Position numbers and translations under genes: made by a program
Notes under the pieces: model-generated
What the model was told of the DNA's origin: nothing
The model's input: the letters and a program-made list of their open reading frames with translations, nothing else
The model's database searches: none
Assembly: GCA_964527235.1 (NCBI GenBank)
Contig: CAZGNC010000002.1
Coordinates: 82,381 to 146,380, forward strand
Direction: 5' to 3'
Origin: an uncultured Candidatus Saccharibacteria bacterium
Lineage (GTDB): Bacteria; Patescibacteriota; Minisyncoccia; Phycocordibacterales; UBA9973
DNA length: 64,000 bases
Part shown: positions 28,590 through 39,077 of the stretch, piece by piece
Numbering within the stretch: position 1 is the stretch's first letter
Layout: every line of letters begins with the position of its first letter

Positions 28590-31025
28590 TTAAAACTGTG
28601 TGTCCCCTGCGTGTTTGTAATCATTGTCATTTACTTTAAACAGAAGACCACAATCTATATCTACGCTTACAGGGAATCCGTTTGCAATATCTCCATAATA
28701 CCAATGAGCATTAACCATAGGCAGGTCAGTGAACCCCGGAGTGCCTAAAGTGTTGCCAAAACCATTTCTGAATGTGAATAGAGATTTTCCTTTATTGTTT
28801 GAGAACTCAGGTCTTATTATGTCGCCATGGCTAAATCCATTTACTATTGGTACATCACAGAAAACTTCTCTTTCAGTTCCAGATGAAGTCATGATTGGTC
28901 CTGGAATTAAGTTCGGTTCTCCCCCGAGATCGCGAGGAATCAAGAAGTAATAGCTCTGTCCTTTCAATGAAGAAATATTTGTTGTGCTTTTAGCTCCACC
29001 TGGTGCAGACCACCCAGCAATGGTTCGCTCTTGTGCGCACTGGTTCTCTAGTAGAAGCAGATTCTGCTTTCTCTCTTTCATTAAATCAAGCTGGCTCCTA
29101 AGGTCTTCGATTCCTGCTGAGTTTGCCACAGAAGCAGCAATAGCATCGTATTGTTTTCTTATATTGATTAGATTCTTTTCTTGAGGTGAGCCAACTGCTG
29201 GCTGGGTGGTTATGGGAGCAAGCATGGCTTCTATAGAATTCAACCTTGTTAACACGGTCATCTTCTCTCGCTTTTTGTCAGTTATTTGCTTGTATTGTTG
29301 GTCGTTAGTGTCTAATTCTTTTATAGCATCTATGTACAATATACTGTTAGGCAACCCAAATCCTCCTTTCTGTGTAGGGGTTATCATCTTTAGATTTATC
29401 CAATCTTTTAGTGCACTTACTGCATATCGTATCTCGCGAATTCCATCTTTAGATGCTCTAACCTTAAGAGGACTGTCATTGGTTGTTTCTGTCATAATTT
29501 TCCCATTTATGACTCTATCTTTTTCTTCATCAAGTCTGGTCTCCCATCCTTTTTCTGGTCCTGGTATGCACATATCTAGTCTCTTAGCTACTGGCCAGAT
29601 TCCATCTAGAACTTCTATTAACCCAGGATTTTGGTTGTTGCTGGTGTTGTTAGATATAAGTTGTAGCTCGAGTGCTGTGTTTGCTATAGCTCCTGGTATG
29701 TAGGTTGCAACTCCCGGAGTCGCACAGTAGCTAGGAGGTGTTGCGTTTGCACAAGTGTTCCCAACATCTTCTTGGGTGACTACCCCTGTTGCTGGGTCTG
29801 TTACTATGGTTTTACCACTGACTTCTTTCTTGAAATCATCAAGTACAATTTCTTGGTCTGGCATTCCGCTCCATGGTGTGTCGCTGTCTGAGCCACCTAG
29901 TGTTTCTCCATAGTAATTAAAGCTGTCATCTGCTGGTGGGTTTACGTGGTTGGATAGTGCTGTCAAACCATCACCTATAAACTTATTTAAAAGAGCATCG
30001 AATATGGTAGCTAGGCTGTTGCCCAGAGCTGCATTTAGAGATGCTTGTTCCTCGGGCTTATTCATTGCTCCTATTATTTTAGAAGCTACGACTGATCCTG
30101 GAGTGGTAGTAGCAAGTCCTTCAGGGCAGGCATATTGCATGTCGAAGTTAGCTCTTGCAGCGTCTACTGCAGATTTGTATAAGGATCTGTATGTTGGGTC
30201 ACTTGCTGCACGTGCCTCATCATAAGGTACTGTGGACGGGTCGAAGCTTGGTTTATTGAAAGGGTTAAGTTGACTTTTGGATGGGTCAGATTTGCAGACT
30301 TGAGGCGACAAGAATCCCTGCCCTTGTTGCAGAGCATCATTTACTTTTTGGGTAGCTGTTCTTGTAGTGCCGTCTAAATTTATCGCTAGTTCTTTCGTCA
30401 CTAACATATCGAATCCGATAGCATTGTTTTGTGGGTATTGGGTGTTCACCAAGAAAGTGTCCCATCCTCCATAGTTGAAGTCTACTCGATATCGCTGTAG
30501 TTCATAGGGGTCATTTGTAATTCTACTCATAGAGTACTCCAGGTTGTCTGAAAGCTGTCTCTTGTAGCTTCCTATGACTCCTAGAAGATAATTTTTACCG
30601 AATGGAAATCGTATAGAGTCATAACCTATGATACTAACTAGGTCTTTTATTTCTGATTTAGCTACATCCTGAAAGAAAGATCCTGGATTTTCTAAGAAAA
30701 GAGGTGCTCCGTGAAAGCCTGTATTTATCCAGTTTACGGTACTCTTGGTCATTTCAGCCAAGGCTTTCCTAGCAACAGCTTTTAATGTTTCTCTCACGAT
30801 AGCTTTAGCTATTTCTTTTAGCTGGGCTGCTGTGCCGGTAACATTCGCTGTTGCGCTTAGTGCGCTTGAAATATTCCCTACTACTCTTTGAATTGCCGCT
30901 ACTGGGTCTACCCATTGTGCTTCAGCCTTTTTGGGAACTGTTAGGAAAATAAAAGACGGTGCAAGAATAAGAACAACAAGTATTGATGAAATGAGTTTTT
31001 GAATTTTTTCTTTTTTAAAAGTCAT
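28590..31025 (-). CDS. Large secreted helical hypothetical protein of the T4SS-like cluster
   Basis: Signal peptide ending KKAEA; MTKSTVNWINTGF.G.P.F; TTPGSVV; coiled-coil segments and several Cys. Confidence 0.65.
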   Translation of the reverse strand: MTFKKEKIQKLISSILVVLILAPSFIFLTVPKKAEAQWVDPVAAIQRVVGNISSALSATANVTGTAAQLKEIAKAIVRETLKAVARKALAEMTKSTVNWINTGFHGAPLFLENPGSFFQDVAKSEIKDLVSIIGYDSIRFPFGKNYLLGVIGSYKRQLSDNLEYSMSRITNDPYELQRYRVDFNYGGWDTFLVNTQYPQNNAIGFDMLVTKELAINLDGTTRTATQKVNDALQQGQGFLSPQVCKSDPSKSQLNPFNKPSFDPSTVPYDEARAASDPTYRSLYKSAVDAARANFDMQYACPEGLATTTPGSVVASKIIGAMNKPEEQASLNAALGNSLATIFDALLNKFIGDGLTALSNHVNPPADDSFNYYGETLGGSDSDTPWSGMPDQEIVLDDFKKEVSGKTIVTDPATGVVTQEDVGNTCANATPPSYCATPGVATYIPGAIANTALELQLISNNTSNNQNPGLIEVLDGIWPVAKRLDMCIPGPEKGWETRLDEEKDRVINGKIMTETTNDSPLKVRASKDGIREIRYAVSALKDWINLKMITPTQKGGFGLPNSILYIDAIKELDTNDQQYKQITDKKREKMTVLTRLNSIEAMLAPITTQPAVGSPQEKNLINIRKQYDAIAASVANSAGIEDLRSQLDLMKERKQNLLLLENQCAQERTIAGWSAPGGAKSTTNISSLKGQSYYFLIPRDLGGEPNLIPGPIMTSSGTEREVFCDVPIVNGFSHGDIIRPEFSNNKGKSLFTFRNGFGNTLGTPGFTDLPMVNAHWYYGDIANGFPVSVDIDCGLLFKVNDNDYKHAGDTQF

Positions 31026-31055
31026 TATCTTGTTCTTTATTATATAATTTACTTT

Positions 31056-31976
31056 CTAGTTATTCAATTTTTTTACCAAGAAATCAGCTAATTTATCCAA
31101 TGCAGATTGTAATAAGTCGCTATTTTCTTCGTATTTACTGATTGCCCCCATTGCAACTATGGGGTCTACCTCAAAAAGTTGTATGTCAGATATATTTTCT
31201 ACTACTCTTTGTAAGGCATTTATCATGTCTAGATGTAGCTGAGCTAAATCCTTCGGGACCGTCATGTTCTTGAAGTCATTTATTGATGAGGACTTCTGTT
31301 TTATTATCGGGTCTAATTTTATGAGGGCCTCGGCGTTTACATTTTCACCGTCATTTACGAATTCTTTTAATATATCAAGTACATTTACTGAAACAGGGTA
31401 CTTTTTGTTGATATTATCTATGGCTGTGACATATGTTTGGATGGCTGTAGGGCTGTTGTCTAGGCTAGTTTTGATATCAGATGCCAAGAAAACCTTTCTT
31501 TGCACCGAGTTTTTTATTTGGCTTGCTAGTGATTCTGTTAGTTTATCGGCACTAGCATCATCTACTTCCCCGGCTTGGTTTAGGGCTACTATAGTAGAAA
31601 ATAGCTCTCTAGAGAATTTATCAGTTTCAGTTAGAACCTCTTCTCCTGTAACAGTGTCTTTGGTGTCGGTGGTGCCTTCTTTTTCTAATTTTAGCTTAGC
31701 TATTTCTGCTCCGTCTTCTTCGCCGTCACCATCAGTGTCTTTCATTGTTGGGCTGGTGCCCCATAGTCCCTCTTCCCAATTCATTACTCCATCTAAGTCC
31801 GTATCTGTGCTTACTAGGTCAGATAGTTTCATGTCTCCTGAATATATTCCCGCACTTTCTCCAGAATTATTGTTGAATATTGTTTTACTTTTTATCAAAA
31901 AAAGCACAAGCAAAACAACTACCGTCAAAACGATTAAAAGAATCCTTTTGTTTTTTAACCAATCTAATTTAATTAT
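31056..31976 (-). CDS. Membrane-anchored protein with Ca-binding thrombospondin type-3-like repeat
   Basis: DTDLDGVMNWEE..WGT.P...DTDGDG..DG.E. The start is uncertain: track TTG at 31928, but the frame is open to ATA/ATT at 31976/31973, which completes the TM. Confidence 0.65.
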   Translation of the reverse strand: MIKLDWLKNKRILLIVLTVVVLLVLFLIKSKTIFNNNSGESAGIYSGDMKLSDLVSTDTDLDGVMNWEEGLWGTSPTMKDTDGDGEEDGAEIAKLKLEKEGTTDTKDTVTGEEVLTETDKFSRELFSTIVALNQAGEVDDASADKLTESLASQIKNSVQRKVFLASDIKTSLDNSPTAIQTYVTAIDNINKKYPVSVNVLDILKEFVNDGENVNAEALIKLDPIIKQKSSSINDFKNMTVPKDLAQLHLDMINALQRVVENISDIQLFEVDPIVAMGAISKYEENSDLLQSALDKLADFLVKKLNN

Positions 31977-31983
31977 CTTTTAA

Positions 31984-32754
31984 TTATAGCACTTGAGATA
32001 GTAGAAGCCAGTCGGAAATGGGTAAATCTTCTGCTCTTTTGTCCCCTATTTTCATTTCTTTCAATTTTTCGCTTGGAATTATGTTTTTCAGGTTGCCACT
32101 GAGCTTCTTTCTCTTGTGCGCGAAGCCCGCGTGGACTATTTTCCAGAAATTTTCTTCATTTGCTTTGCCTTCCTCGAAGGTTTTTCTAGAAATATCGGTG
32201 ATGCTGATAACAGCAGAGTCTACTTTTGGTGCTGGAGAGAAATATCTAGCTTCTACCTTGGTCACTATCTTAGGAACACCATAAGCTTTCACTGACATAG
32301 AAAGGATGCTTTCCTTGTTGTCTCGGGCTACTATCCTTTTAGCCACTTCGTGTTGCACCATAAGCACCATGCGTTCTGGCTGATTGGTTTCAGTTAGGAA
32401 TTTTTTGAGTATTGCGCCAGTTATGTTGTAAGGGATATTGGCGATTATCTTGTAGGACCCTTTGGGTATGAATTCTAAAATATCTTCGTTTTTGAGAATT
32501 AATTTCCCATTAGCTATCTCTTTCTCAAATTTTTCTTTCAAGAATTCAAATAGTTCGAAATCTTTCTCGATGGCAATCACACAACCAGCTTTCTCTAGAA
32601 GTTTTTCTGTTAGGGCTCCCTTCCCTGGTCCGATCTCGAGCACTACGTCTTTCTCTGAGACTTCTCCTGCCTCAATTATTTTATTTAGAGCACTTTCGGA
32701 TTTTAGAAAGTTTTGCCCTAGAGATTTTTTTGCTTTGTGTGTTTGATTTTGCAT
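31984..32754 (-). CDS. rsmA: 16S rRNA dimethyladenosine transferase
   Basis: KKSLGQNFL, VLEIGPGKGALT, ANIPYNIT, F.PAPKVDSAV. Confidence 0.96.
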   Translation of the reverse strand: MQNQTHKAKKSLGQNFLKSESALNKIIEAGEVSEKDVVLEIGPGKGALTEKLLEKAGCVIAIEKDFELFEFLKEKFEKEIANGKLILKNEDILEFIPKGSYKIIANIPYNITGAILKKFLTETNQPERMVLMVQHEVAKRIVARDNKESILSMSVKAYGVPKIVTKVEARYFSPAPKVDSAVISITDISRKTFEEGKANEENFWKIVHAGFAHKRKKLSGNLKNIIPSEKLKEMKIGDKRAEDLPISDWLLLSQVL

Positions 32755-34700
32755 TATATGTAAATTGTTTTTATTCCACCTTTCTCCCCTTCTTTCTCTA
32801 GTATATCCGCTGGGATGTCAGCTAGAAACTGTGAGGGCGCATTAATTTGTCGAGTGCCGAAGATCGTACGAAAGTTTGCGAAAGATAGGAATAACTTTTC
32901 TTTCGCACGAGTCAGTGCTACATAGAAAAGTCTACGTTCTTCCTCACTATCTTCTTCGTTTTTTGTTTCACCATCGCGTTGGTGCGGGAACAACCCTTCT
33001 TCGAGGCCGACGATGAACACATATTTAAATTCTAGACCTTTCGATGCATGCACTGTCATTAATTTTATACCATTCTTCTTTTCTTTTTTTACACCACCGC
33101 GTTCTTCTTCGGTCATTATGCTGTCTTGATCTGAGGCCAAAGAAGCGTCTTCTAGGAGCTTTTCTACCCCTAGGCCGTTTACTAGGTTGTCGTATTTTAA
33201 TGCGATGGTTGCTAGCTCTTTTATGTTTTCGAGTCTTTCTAGGTCCTCATCTCCCCCATTTCTAAGTTCGTCTTCTATGCCTGACTTTTTAACTGTAAAC
33301 TTTATAACTTCACTTGCGCTTTCTGTCTGAATTTTGTTTTTTATTTCTTCTAGAAGTTCGTAGAAGCTTTTGATTTTTAGTTTTGTTTTTATTGGCAGGC
33401 TTTCTATTTCTCCAGCAAAAAGTTTCGCCAATGTGGCTTTGCCTATTCCGCGAGTTGGAAAGTTTATAATTCTTTTTATTTCAGACAGGCTGTCTTGGTT
33501 TAGTGCTGCACGTAGGTACGCCAGAGTGTCTTTGATTTCTTTTCTTTCGAAGAATTTAGTACCTAAGACTTGATAAGGCACACTGTAGCGGATCATCGCT
33601 TCTTCTAGGGCTCTCGACTGAAAGTTGGTGCGATAAAGTACTGCGATTTCAGAGAGTACGTCTTTTTCTTTATCCAATATTTCTAAAATTTTTGTTGCGA
33701 CAAATTCGGCTTCATCGTTTTCTTCTAGAGCTTCATATAGGCCGATTTTATCCCCTGTTGTGTTCTTGGTGAACAGATTTTTGTCAGGGCGATATTTATT
33801 TTTCTTGATTACCTCGTTCGCTGCTTCTAGTATGTTTTGAGTTGAGCGATAATTTTGTTCAAGCATTACAACTTTTGCATTTGGATAATCCTTCTCAAAA
33901 CTTAAAATGTTTTTCAAGTTTGCTCCGCGCCAAGAATAAATATTTTGATCAGCATCGCCCACCACACATATGTTTTTATGTTTCTCACTAAGTAGGCGTG
34001 ACATTAGATACTGCACTTCGTTTGTGTCCTGATACTCATCTATGTGAATATATTCCCAACGTGACTGATAGTTGGTTCGTATGTTCTCGTTTTCTTTCAA
34101 TAATTTTGTAGCTTTTAAAAGCAAATCGTCGAAATCCAGCGAGTTTTCTTTGGCCTTCTTGGTCTCATATATAGCCCATACCTTGGCCACTAATTCTTGA
34201 AAAGAACTTCTAACTTTCTCGCGGAATCTATCTAAGGTAACGAAATTACCCTTTTCTATGCTTATTATTCCTTTAACCTGGCCTGGAGAGTATTGTTTGG
34301 GGTCATAGCCCAGCTCCTTTATGGTTTCTTTTATGATGCTTTTTGCATCACCCTCGTCTAGGATGGTGAAATACCTTGTTAATCCTAGCTCGCGCGCGTT
34401 TTCCTTTATAATATGGACCCCAAGAGAGTGAAAAGTACTAACAAAAGGGGTGGTGTTCTGCTCTGGGGCGTTTCTGGCTATTTCTGTGCTGATGCGTTCA
34501 CGCATTTCTTTAGCAGCTTTGTTGGTGAAAGTTACTGCTAGGATGTTCTCTGGGGCAACGCCTTCTTTGATAAGATTTATAATTCGGTGAGTGATAGTCT
34601 TGGTTTTCCCTGCCCCAGCTCCTGCCACAACCAAAAGCGGCCCCTTGGTGTGAGTAGCCGCTTCTAGTTGCTTTTCATTGAGACCTGCAAGGTGTTGCAT
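32754..34700 (-). CDS. pcrA: UvrD/PcrA ATP-dependent DNA helicase
   Basis: AGAGAGKT, TFTNKAA, DEYQDTN, GDADQNIYSWRG, TVHASKGLEF, EERRLFYVALTRA. ATG 34700 lies 7 nt from TGTTATATT. Confidence 0.95.
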   Translation of the reverse strand: MQHLAGLNEKQLEAATHTKGPLLVVAGAGAGKTKTITHRIINLIKEGVAPENILAVTFTNKAAKEMRERISTEIARNAPEQNTTPFVSTFHSLGVHIIKENARELGLTRYFTILDEGDAKSIIKETIKELGYDPKQYSPGQVKGIISIEKGNFVTLDRFREKVRSSFQELVAKVWAIYETKKAKENSLDFDDLLLKATKLLKENENIRTNYQSRWEYIHIDEYQDTNEVQYLMSRLLSEKHKNICVVGDADQNIYSWRGANLKNILSFEKDYPNAKVVMLEQNYRSTQNILEAANEVIKKNKYRPDKNLFTKNTTGDKIGLYEALEENDEAEFVATKILEILDKEKDVLSEIAVLYRTNFQSRALEEAMIRYSVPYQVLGTKFFERKEIKDTLAYLRAALNQDSLSEIKRIINFPTRGIGKATLAKLFAGEIESLPIKTKLKIKSFYELLEEIKNKIQTESASEVIKFTVKKSGIEDELRNGGDEDLERLENIKELATIALKYDNLVNGLGVEKLLEDASLASDQDSIMTEEERGGVKKEKKNGIKLMTVHASKGLEFKYVFIVGLEEGLFPHQRDGETKNEEDSEEERRLFYVALTRAKEKLFLSFANFRTIFGTRQINAPSQFLADIPADILEKEGEKGGIKTIYI

Positions 34701-34723
34701 GTCTTTCAATATAACATAATTTT

Positions 34724-37700
34724 CTATAATTTTACTTTATCTAGCTGACCCATTTGAGCTACCCTTAGCAAGGCACGATTGATATAGTCCTCTGTGCTTT
34801 CATTTCGGCCGAAAAAGAATAGGGATTTACCTTTTGGCTCTAGGCCAGTAAGTTCGCGAAGTTTCAGAACATAGGCACTTAGTTTGCTGATAGATTCATT
34901 TCCCGCAGAACTTGTTGTGCTTTCTATTAGATCTTGAGCAGGGGTTTCCTTCAACATGACTTGCATTTGATCCAATACTTCTTCTGGGAACATTGTTTCA
35001 AGGTTGTGTTGGTTTACTTGCATAGCTTGCGCGCTTAGCATTTCTACTGTGACTGATTGATTTAATCCCTCCATTTGCATCTCTGCTATTACATTTCCAT
35101 TTCCTAGTTGAGTAATTTTTGTAGGTATAGGCTTTACTCCATCTGGACCATAGTACACATTTTGTTCTAAGCCAGGGGCATCTCCTGTCGGTAGATTTTC
35201 AGGTGCTTGGCCTACTCCAGATGTACTCGATTTTGCCATTATCTCGTCTGGGATTTTAATCCTTGTGTCAGTGTCCGGAGTCATGTCTCGGACTTCTAAA
35301 GGCTTAGCCAAATGAGCATCAATTTTAGCCCTCAAGCTTTCCATTGTTTCTTGGTTTGATAAAGTTGAGCCAACTGGTTGATCTGGAGTGAGTTGAGCAT
35401 TCTTAACTAAGTCACTTTCAGCAAAATTGCCAATTTTCTCACTGGTTATACCGTCATGACCGATTATGCCTGTACCAGCACCATCTAGACCTTTATCCAT
35501 TCCTTCTGCGTGCATTATCTCAAGCCACCTGTTGTTGCTTATGTTGCCGATGTTGGACATTGCCGCCCCTTTGCCCTGAAGAGTGCCTGATTCCCATAGC
35601 CCACCAGCATGAGTCTGGAGTTTATCCAGCATTTGATTAAAAGCAGTGTGGTCCTTTACTTCCAAGATCCCATCTTTAAAAGATACAGCCTTACCGAAAT
35701 CTTCTGCACTTATTCCGGCTACCCCCTTGCCTTCTGTTAGGCGAACTAGGTTTGCAGCCATATTTAGGCTCTTTGTTGCAAATTCTTCGCTTATGTTGCC
35801 ATCAGCAGGTATAGCCATGCGATTTGCCGCAATGGCGTTAAAAGCCGTCTCGAGATTCTTCGGAACTCCATTTTCTCCAAGCTTGATTGAAAAATCTGAA
35901 GTTATTTCGTGGGTAGAAGATGGCATTACTGGAACCTGTGGAGGAACTGCTTCCACAGGAATATTTGGTTTTACGATGCTACTTATATCTGGTTTAGTTG
36001 CTAAAGAATCTTGCGCATTGTGTGTTAGAGAGTCTACGTGTGTGGAATCAGGCTTTGCTCCTAGTGCTCTTATGGCTGCGTCGGCTTTTTCTTTTGCTAG
36101 AGTATCAACGGCTACTGAGTCTTTCGGCATCCCTGGCATAGAATCAGTCCTTATCGAGTCGTGAGTTACTTTTTGAATTGTATCACCCTGGGTGTTTAAT
36201 TGAGCTCTGTCTATTACCCCTGCTTTCGGTAGTGAGCCTGCTGGTGTTTTCTCCGCAGCATGTTCAGCTCCTCCACCCCACCATCCTAATTGGTGTCCCA
36301 CATCTTTAATCCAGTAACCAGCTTCGGCCACAATCATGCCGTACATAGCCCCTTTCAGCGTATTTTTTATTATAAATTTTTTCTGCTTTTCTGAAATTTT
36401 CTTTTCTATTTTATCACCTTGTGAGGAAATCAGATTGCCTATTTTTTTTGCCAGCTCCTCATCTCTTTTTTCTAATTCAGTTAAAGCAATTGATGAATTT
36501 AAGTTCTCTAGAAACTCAACTTGATTTACTAAAACAGAAGACTGGTCTCCAAAGTTTATTTGACCAACACTCACTTCTCCTCTACAGTGTTCAACTAGGG
36601 CTGATAACTTTGCCATTATTTTCTCTTTCTTTTCTGGATCTTGTTCAGCTTCAGCCTTTTCTCGCATTTTATGTAAACCTTTGCTTAACAAAGTTATATC
36701 CACAACTCTACTTTTTTCTGCGCTGGTATCTTTTTTGCCTCGTCTTGCATCTTTGGCTCTTTTTGCTAATTCTTCTTTTGCTTTTACATTTCCCCTCCAG
36801 GCACCCAACACTGCACCTATTCCTGCGGTTGTTCCTGCACCCATGATGCCTGCTGCAGCAGCTAGCTGTCTTGCCACGATACCAGTTCCCAAGATGCCCG
36901 TATATTGACCTCCTCCTCCTGTCAGCAATCTCTTTATTCCTTTAGCTGATTCTTTCCCCGTTGGTGTTTCTGCGAGGCTAGCAAATTCTTTCTCTACTTC
37001 TGGGTGAGTGTAGAGTAATTGGTCAAACTTTATTGCGTTATCCATCTGCATTGATTTAACCACAGCTTCCTGTTCCCCCATATTTCTGGCATCTAGTTTT
37101 AGGATTCTTTCTCTTATTGCTTGGTATTCAGCGCGGGCTTTCTCGTATTTTTTTCTTCTACTGCTATCTTTTTCTTGACCCCATTCGTATGGCATTTCAC
37201 GGAATTTGTTTGCAGCGGTGTTGAATTCATTGGCTATTTCTCTGCTCATTCCTGTATAAGAATTTGGGTCTGCAAAAATTATTTCTGGCTTACCAGTTTT
37301 TTCATTTATTTTTACTTCTCTGCCACTCGCTTGGCTGGCTAGTCTCTCAAGGTCTGATTTTATTAGCTTCCTCCCTTCTTCAGAGGTTAATAATTCGTCA
37401 AAAACTCTTGCTTCAGCATTTTTGATTCCAACCTCTTTAATTTTGAAAAAGGATTTTAATTTTTGTAAACCTTTTGTATTTATTTTATCTTCGGAATATT
37501 GAGTTTGTCCTTTTTCTCGAACTATATCCACTATGCGTGCCTGAATATTTCGAGTTACCAATAGTTGTCGTGCCTCAGTTAACTTATCAAAATTATCTGG
37601 CAAAAGGTCTTTTATTTTATCTTTGAAGCTTTTGTCTTCTCTCGCTTCTGGCGCCTTGCTTGTATCTGGACTTGGCTGCTCTGGTGGAGTTGTGGGTGTT

Positions 37701-37975
37701 GATTCTGGAGTCGCTGATGCTTCCACGGGGTCAGGAGTTGGCACTGGCGCATCTTCTGCTTTTGGCGGAACTTCTGGCTCCTCCCATGGTTCGAATTTCA
37801 CTTCAGGGTTTCCGGTTTCAGTAGTCCCCTGTGTATTTCCGGCGGTAATTCCTTCTAGGGGCTCCCCATCTTTTTTGCCTTGTTCTGCTTTAGCCTTTAA
37901 AGCCCTTTCCCTTTTCTCTCTTAGTTCCCGTGTTCTTTCTCGTAGTTGTTCCACACTTAGACCTTCTTTAGACAT
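34724..37975 (-). CDS. Large hypothetical protein (1083 aa) with coiled coils and internal Gly-zipper hydrophobic segments
   Basis: Long ORF with no signal peptide. GILGTGIVARQLAAAAGIMGAGTTAGIGAVLGA and a second hydrophobic stretch GAMYGMIVAEAGYW. Confidence 0.75.
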   Translation of the reverse strand: MSKEGLSVEQLRERTRELREKRERALKAKAEQGKKDGEPLEGITAGNTQGTTETGNPEVKFEPWEEPEVPPKAEDAPVPTPDPVEASATPESTPTTPPEQPSPDTSKAPEAREDKSFKDKIKDLLPDNFDKLTEARQLLVTRNIQARIVDIVREKGQTQYSEDKINTKGLQKLKSFFKIKEVGIKNAEARVFDELLTSEEGRKLIKSDLERLASQASGREVKINEKTGKPEIIFADPNSYTGMSREIANEFNTAANKFREMPYEWGQEKDSSRRKKYEKARAEYQAIRERILKLDARNMGEQEAVVKSMQMDNAIKFDQLLYTHPEVEKEFASLAETPTGKESAKGIKRLLTGGGGQYTGILGTGIVARQLAAAAGIMGAGTTAGIGAVLGAWRGNVKAKEELAKRAKDARRGKKDTSAEKSRVVDITLLSKGLHKMREKAEAEQDPEKKEKIMAKLSALVEHCRGEVSVGQINFGDQSSVLVNQVEFLENLNSSIALTELEKRDEELAKKIGNLISSQGDKIEKKISEKQKKFIIKNTLKGAMYGMIVAEAGYWIKDVGHQLGWWGGGAEHAAEKTPAGSLPKAGVIDRAQLNTQGDTIQKVTHDSIRTDSMPGMPKDSVAVDTLAKEKADAAIRALGAKPDSTHVDSLTHNAQDSLATKPDISSIVKPNIPVEAVPPQVPVMPSSTHEITSDFSIKLGENGVPKNLETAFNAIAANRMAIPADGNISEEFATKSLNMAANLVRLTEGKGVAGISAEDFGKAVSFKDGILEVKDHTAFNQMLDKLQTHAGGLWESGTLQGKGAAMSNIGNISNNRWLEIMHAEGMDKGLDGAGTGIIGHDGITSEKIGNFAESDLVKNAQLTPDQPVGSTLSNQETMESLRAKIDAHLAKPLEVRDMTPDTDTRIKIPDEIMAKSSTSGVGQAPENLPTGDAPGLEQNVYYGPDGVKPIPTKITQLGNGNVIAEMQMEGLNQSVTVEMLSAQAMQVNQHNLETMFPEEVLDQMQVMLKETPAQDLIESTTSSAGNESISKLSAYVLKLRELTGLEPKGKSLFFFGRNESTEDYINRALLRVAQMGQLDKVKL

Positions 37976-38012
37976 AAGATTAGATTTAAAATTTATTTTT
38001 AATTATTAATTA

Positions 38013-38771
38013 TTATACACTAAGTCCTCTTCTTTTTAATTCCTCTTCAAGTTCCATTAGCTCCTTTTCATCTTCCTCGGTCCAGATCTCCTCTTCCTTA
38101 ATACCAGCACTCGTTCTTTCGACTTCGGTAGTTGTTGTAGTAATGTTAGGGCTTGTTTCTGTGTCCGTTATTGTAGGTTCTATTTTTGCTAGACTTGTCG
38201 AATTCTCGATCTCGACACTGTCTGGGTCTATCGTTATTTCTCTTGATAGTGTTTGATCAACGAATTCTGTTTCTATCGAGTCATTTTCGGTCCTTTTCCT
38301 ACTCACTTTAATGCCCTTGTCCTTTGTTCCTAGATTTAACAAGGCTCTTTCTCTTAAAAGACTAATTCTTTTTCGATTAATGCCGCCTAGCTCTATATCT
38401 ATATCTCTTTTTTCCTTAGCCGTTTTTGAGGCGTCTTTTTTAGCTGAAAGATTTTTTATAGTTTTAATTACCGTAGGTAATTCCCTATTGATTTCTTTAA
38501 GCCTAGCTACGTCTTCTCCCTTGCGAACTCGTGCTCGGTCAGTATTCTCTATATCCAAAAGACCGTTTATTTCTTCAATCAACGCAATAAGGGCTTCTCT
38601 GTCTGGGCTGGCTTCTGGCGTTTTGCTTAGAAGGGCTTCAACTTTAGACTTTTGTGAGTAAAGATCCCCTAAGTTTTTATACATTAGGTCTTGTTCCGCT
38701 AACTCTGTTACCTCCGGCGATAGTGGTACGGATTCCTTAATCTTGGTTTCAATAGTAGGTTTCTCGTTCAT
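38013..38771 (-). CDS. Charged coiled-coil hypothetical protein
   Basis: 252-aa ORF; TATAAT 7 nt upstream of the ATG. Confidence 0.65.
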   Translation of the reverse strand: MNEKPTIETKIKESVPLSPEVTELAEQDLMYKNLGDLYSQKSKVEALLSKTPEASPDREALIALIEEINGLLDIENTDRARVRKGEDVARLKEINRELPTVIKTIKNLSAKKDASKTAKEKRDIDIELGGINRKRISLLRERALLNLGTKDKGIKVSRKRTENDSIETEFVDQTLSREITIDPDSVEIENSTSLAKIEPTITDTETSPNITTTTTEVERTSAGIKEEEIWTEEDEKELMELEEELKRRGLSV

Positions 38772-38868
38772 TCTTTATATTATACAATTTTAGCCAGCTC
38801 TTGTCCTAATTTTTGACCCCAAAAAAGAATTATTTATGCAACAATTGACAAATTAGGTCAAATTTTAG

Positions 38869-39077
38869 TTATCCACATTTGCCTTGACTTGACCCACCGT
38901 CCGGGCTACCCTTAAAGGTATAGCTCTGTGTAGTGGCCCGAAAGAAGACGGTTGAACGCTGAAAAGACAGTAACCATCGTAGTACCCTTTGTTTGCAGTA
39001 CAATTTAGGTCGTCCTGTGATTCTATCCTTATTTTATAAGGCTTAGAAAGGAAATACTACGGTATTTTGTTTGATTT
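38869..39077 (+). promoter_or_regulatory. DnaA box, promoter and structured leader of the LysM-M23 gene
   Basis: TTATCCACA (38869-38877); TTGACT (38884)-N17-TACCCT; helices CGTAGTA/TACTACG and TTCTA-T-CCTTAT-TTT-ATAAGG-CT-TAGAA. Confidence 0.5.

Noticed and set aside
18514-31976. Integrative conjugative element or prophage
   Set aside because: No relaxase, integrase, att sites or phage genes; composition matches the host; flanked by core genes.
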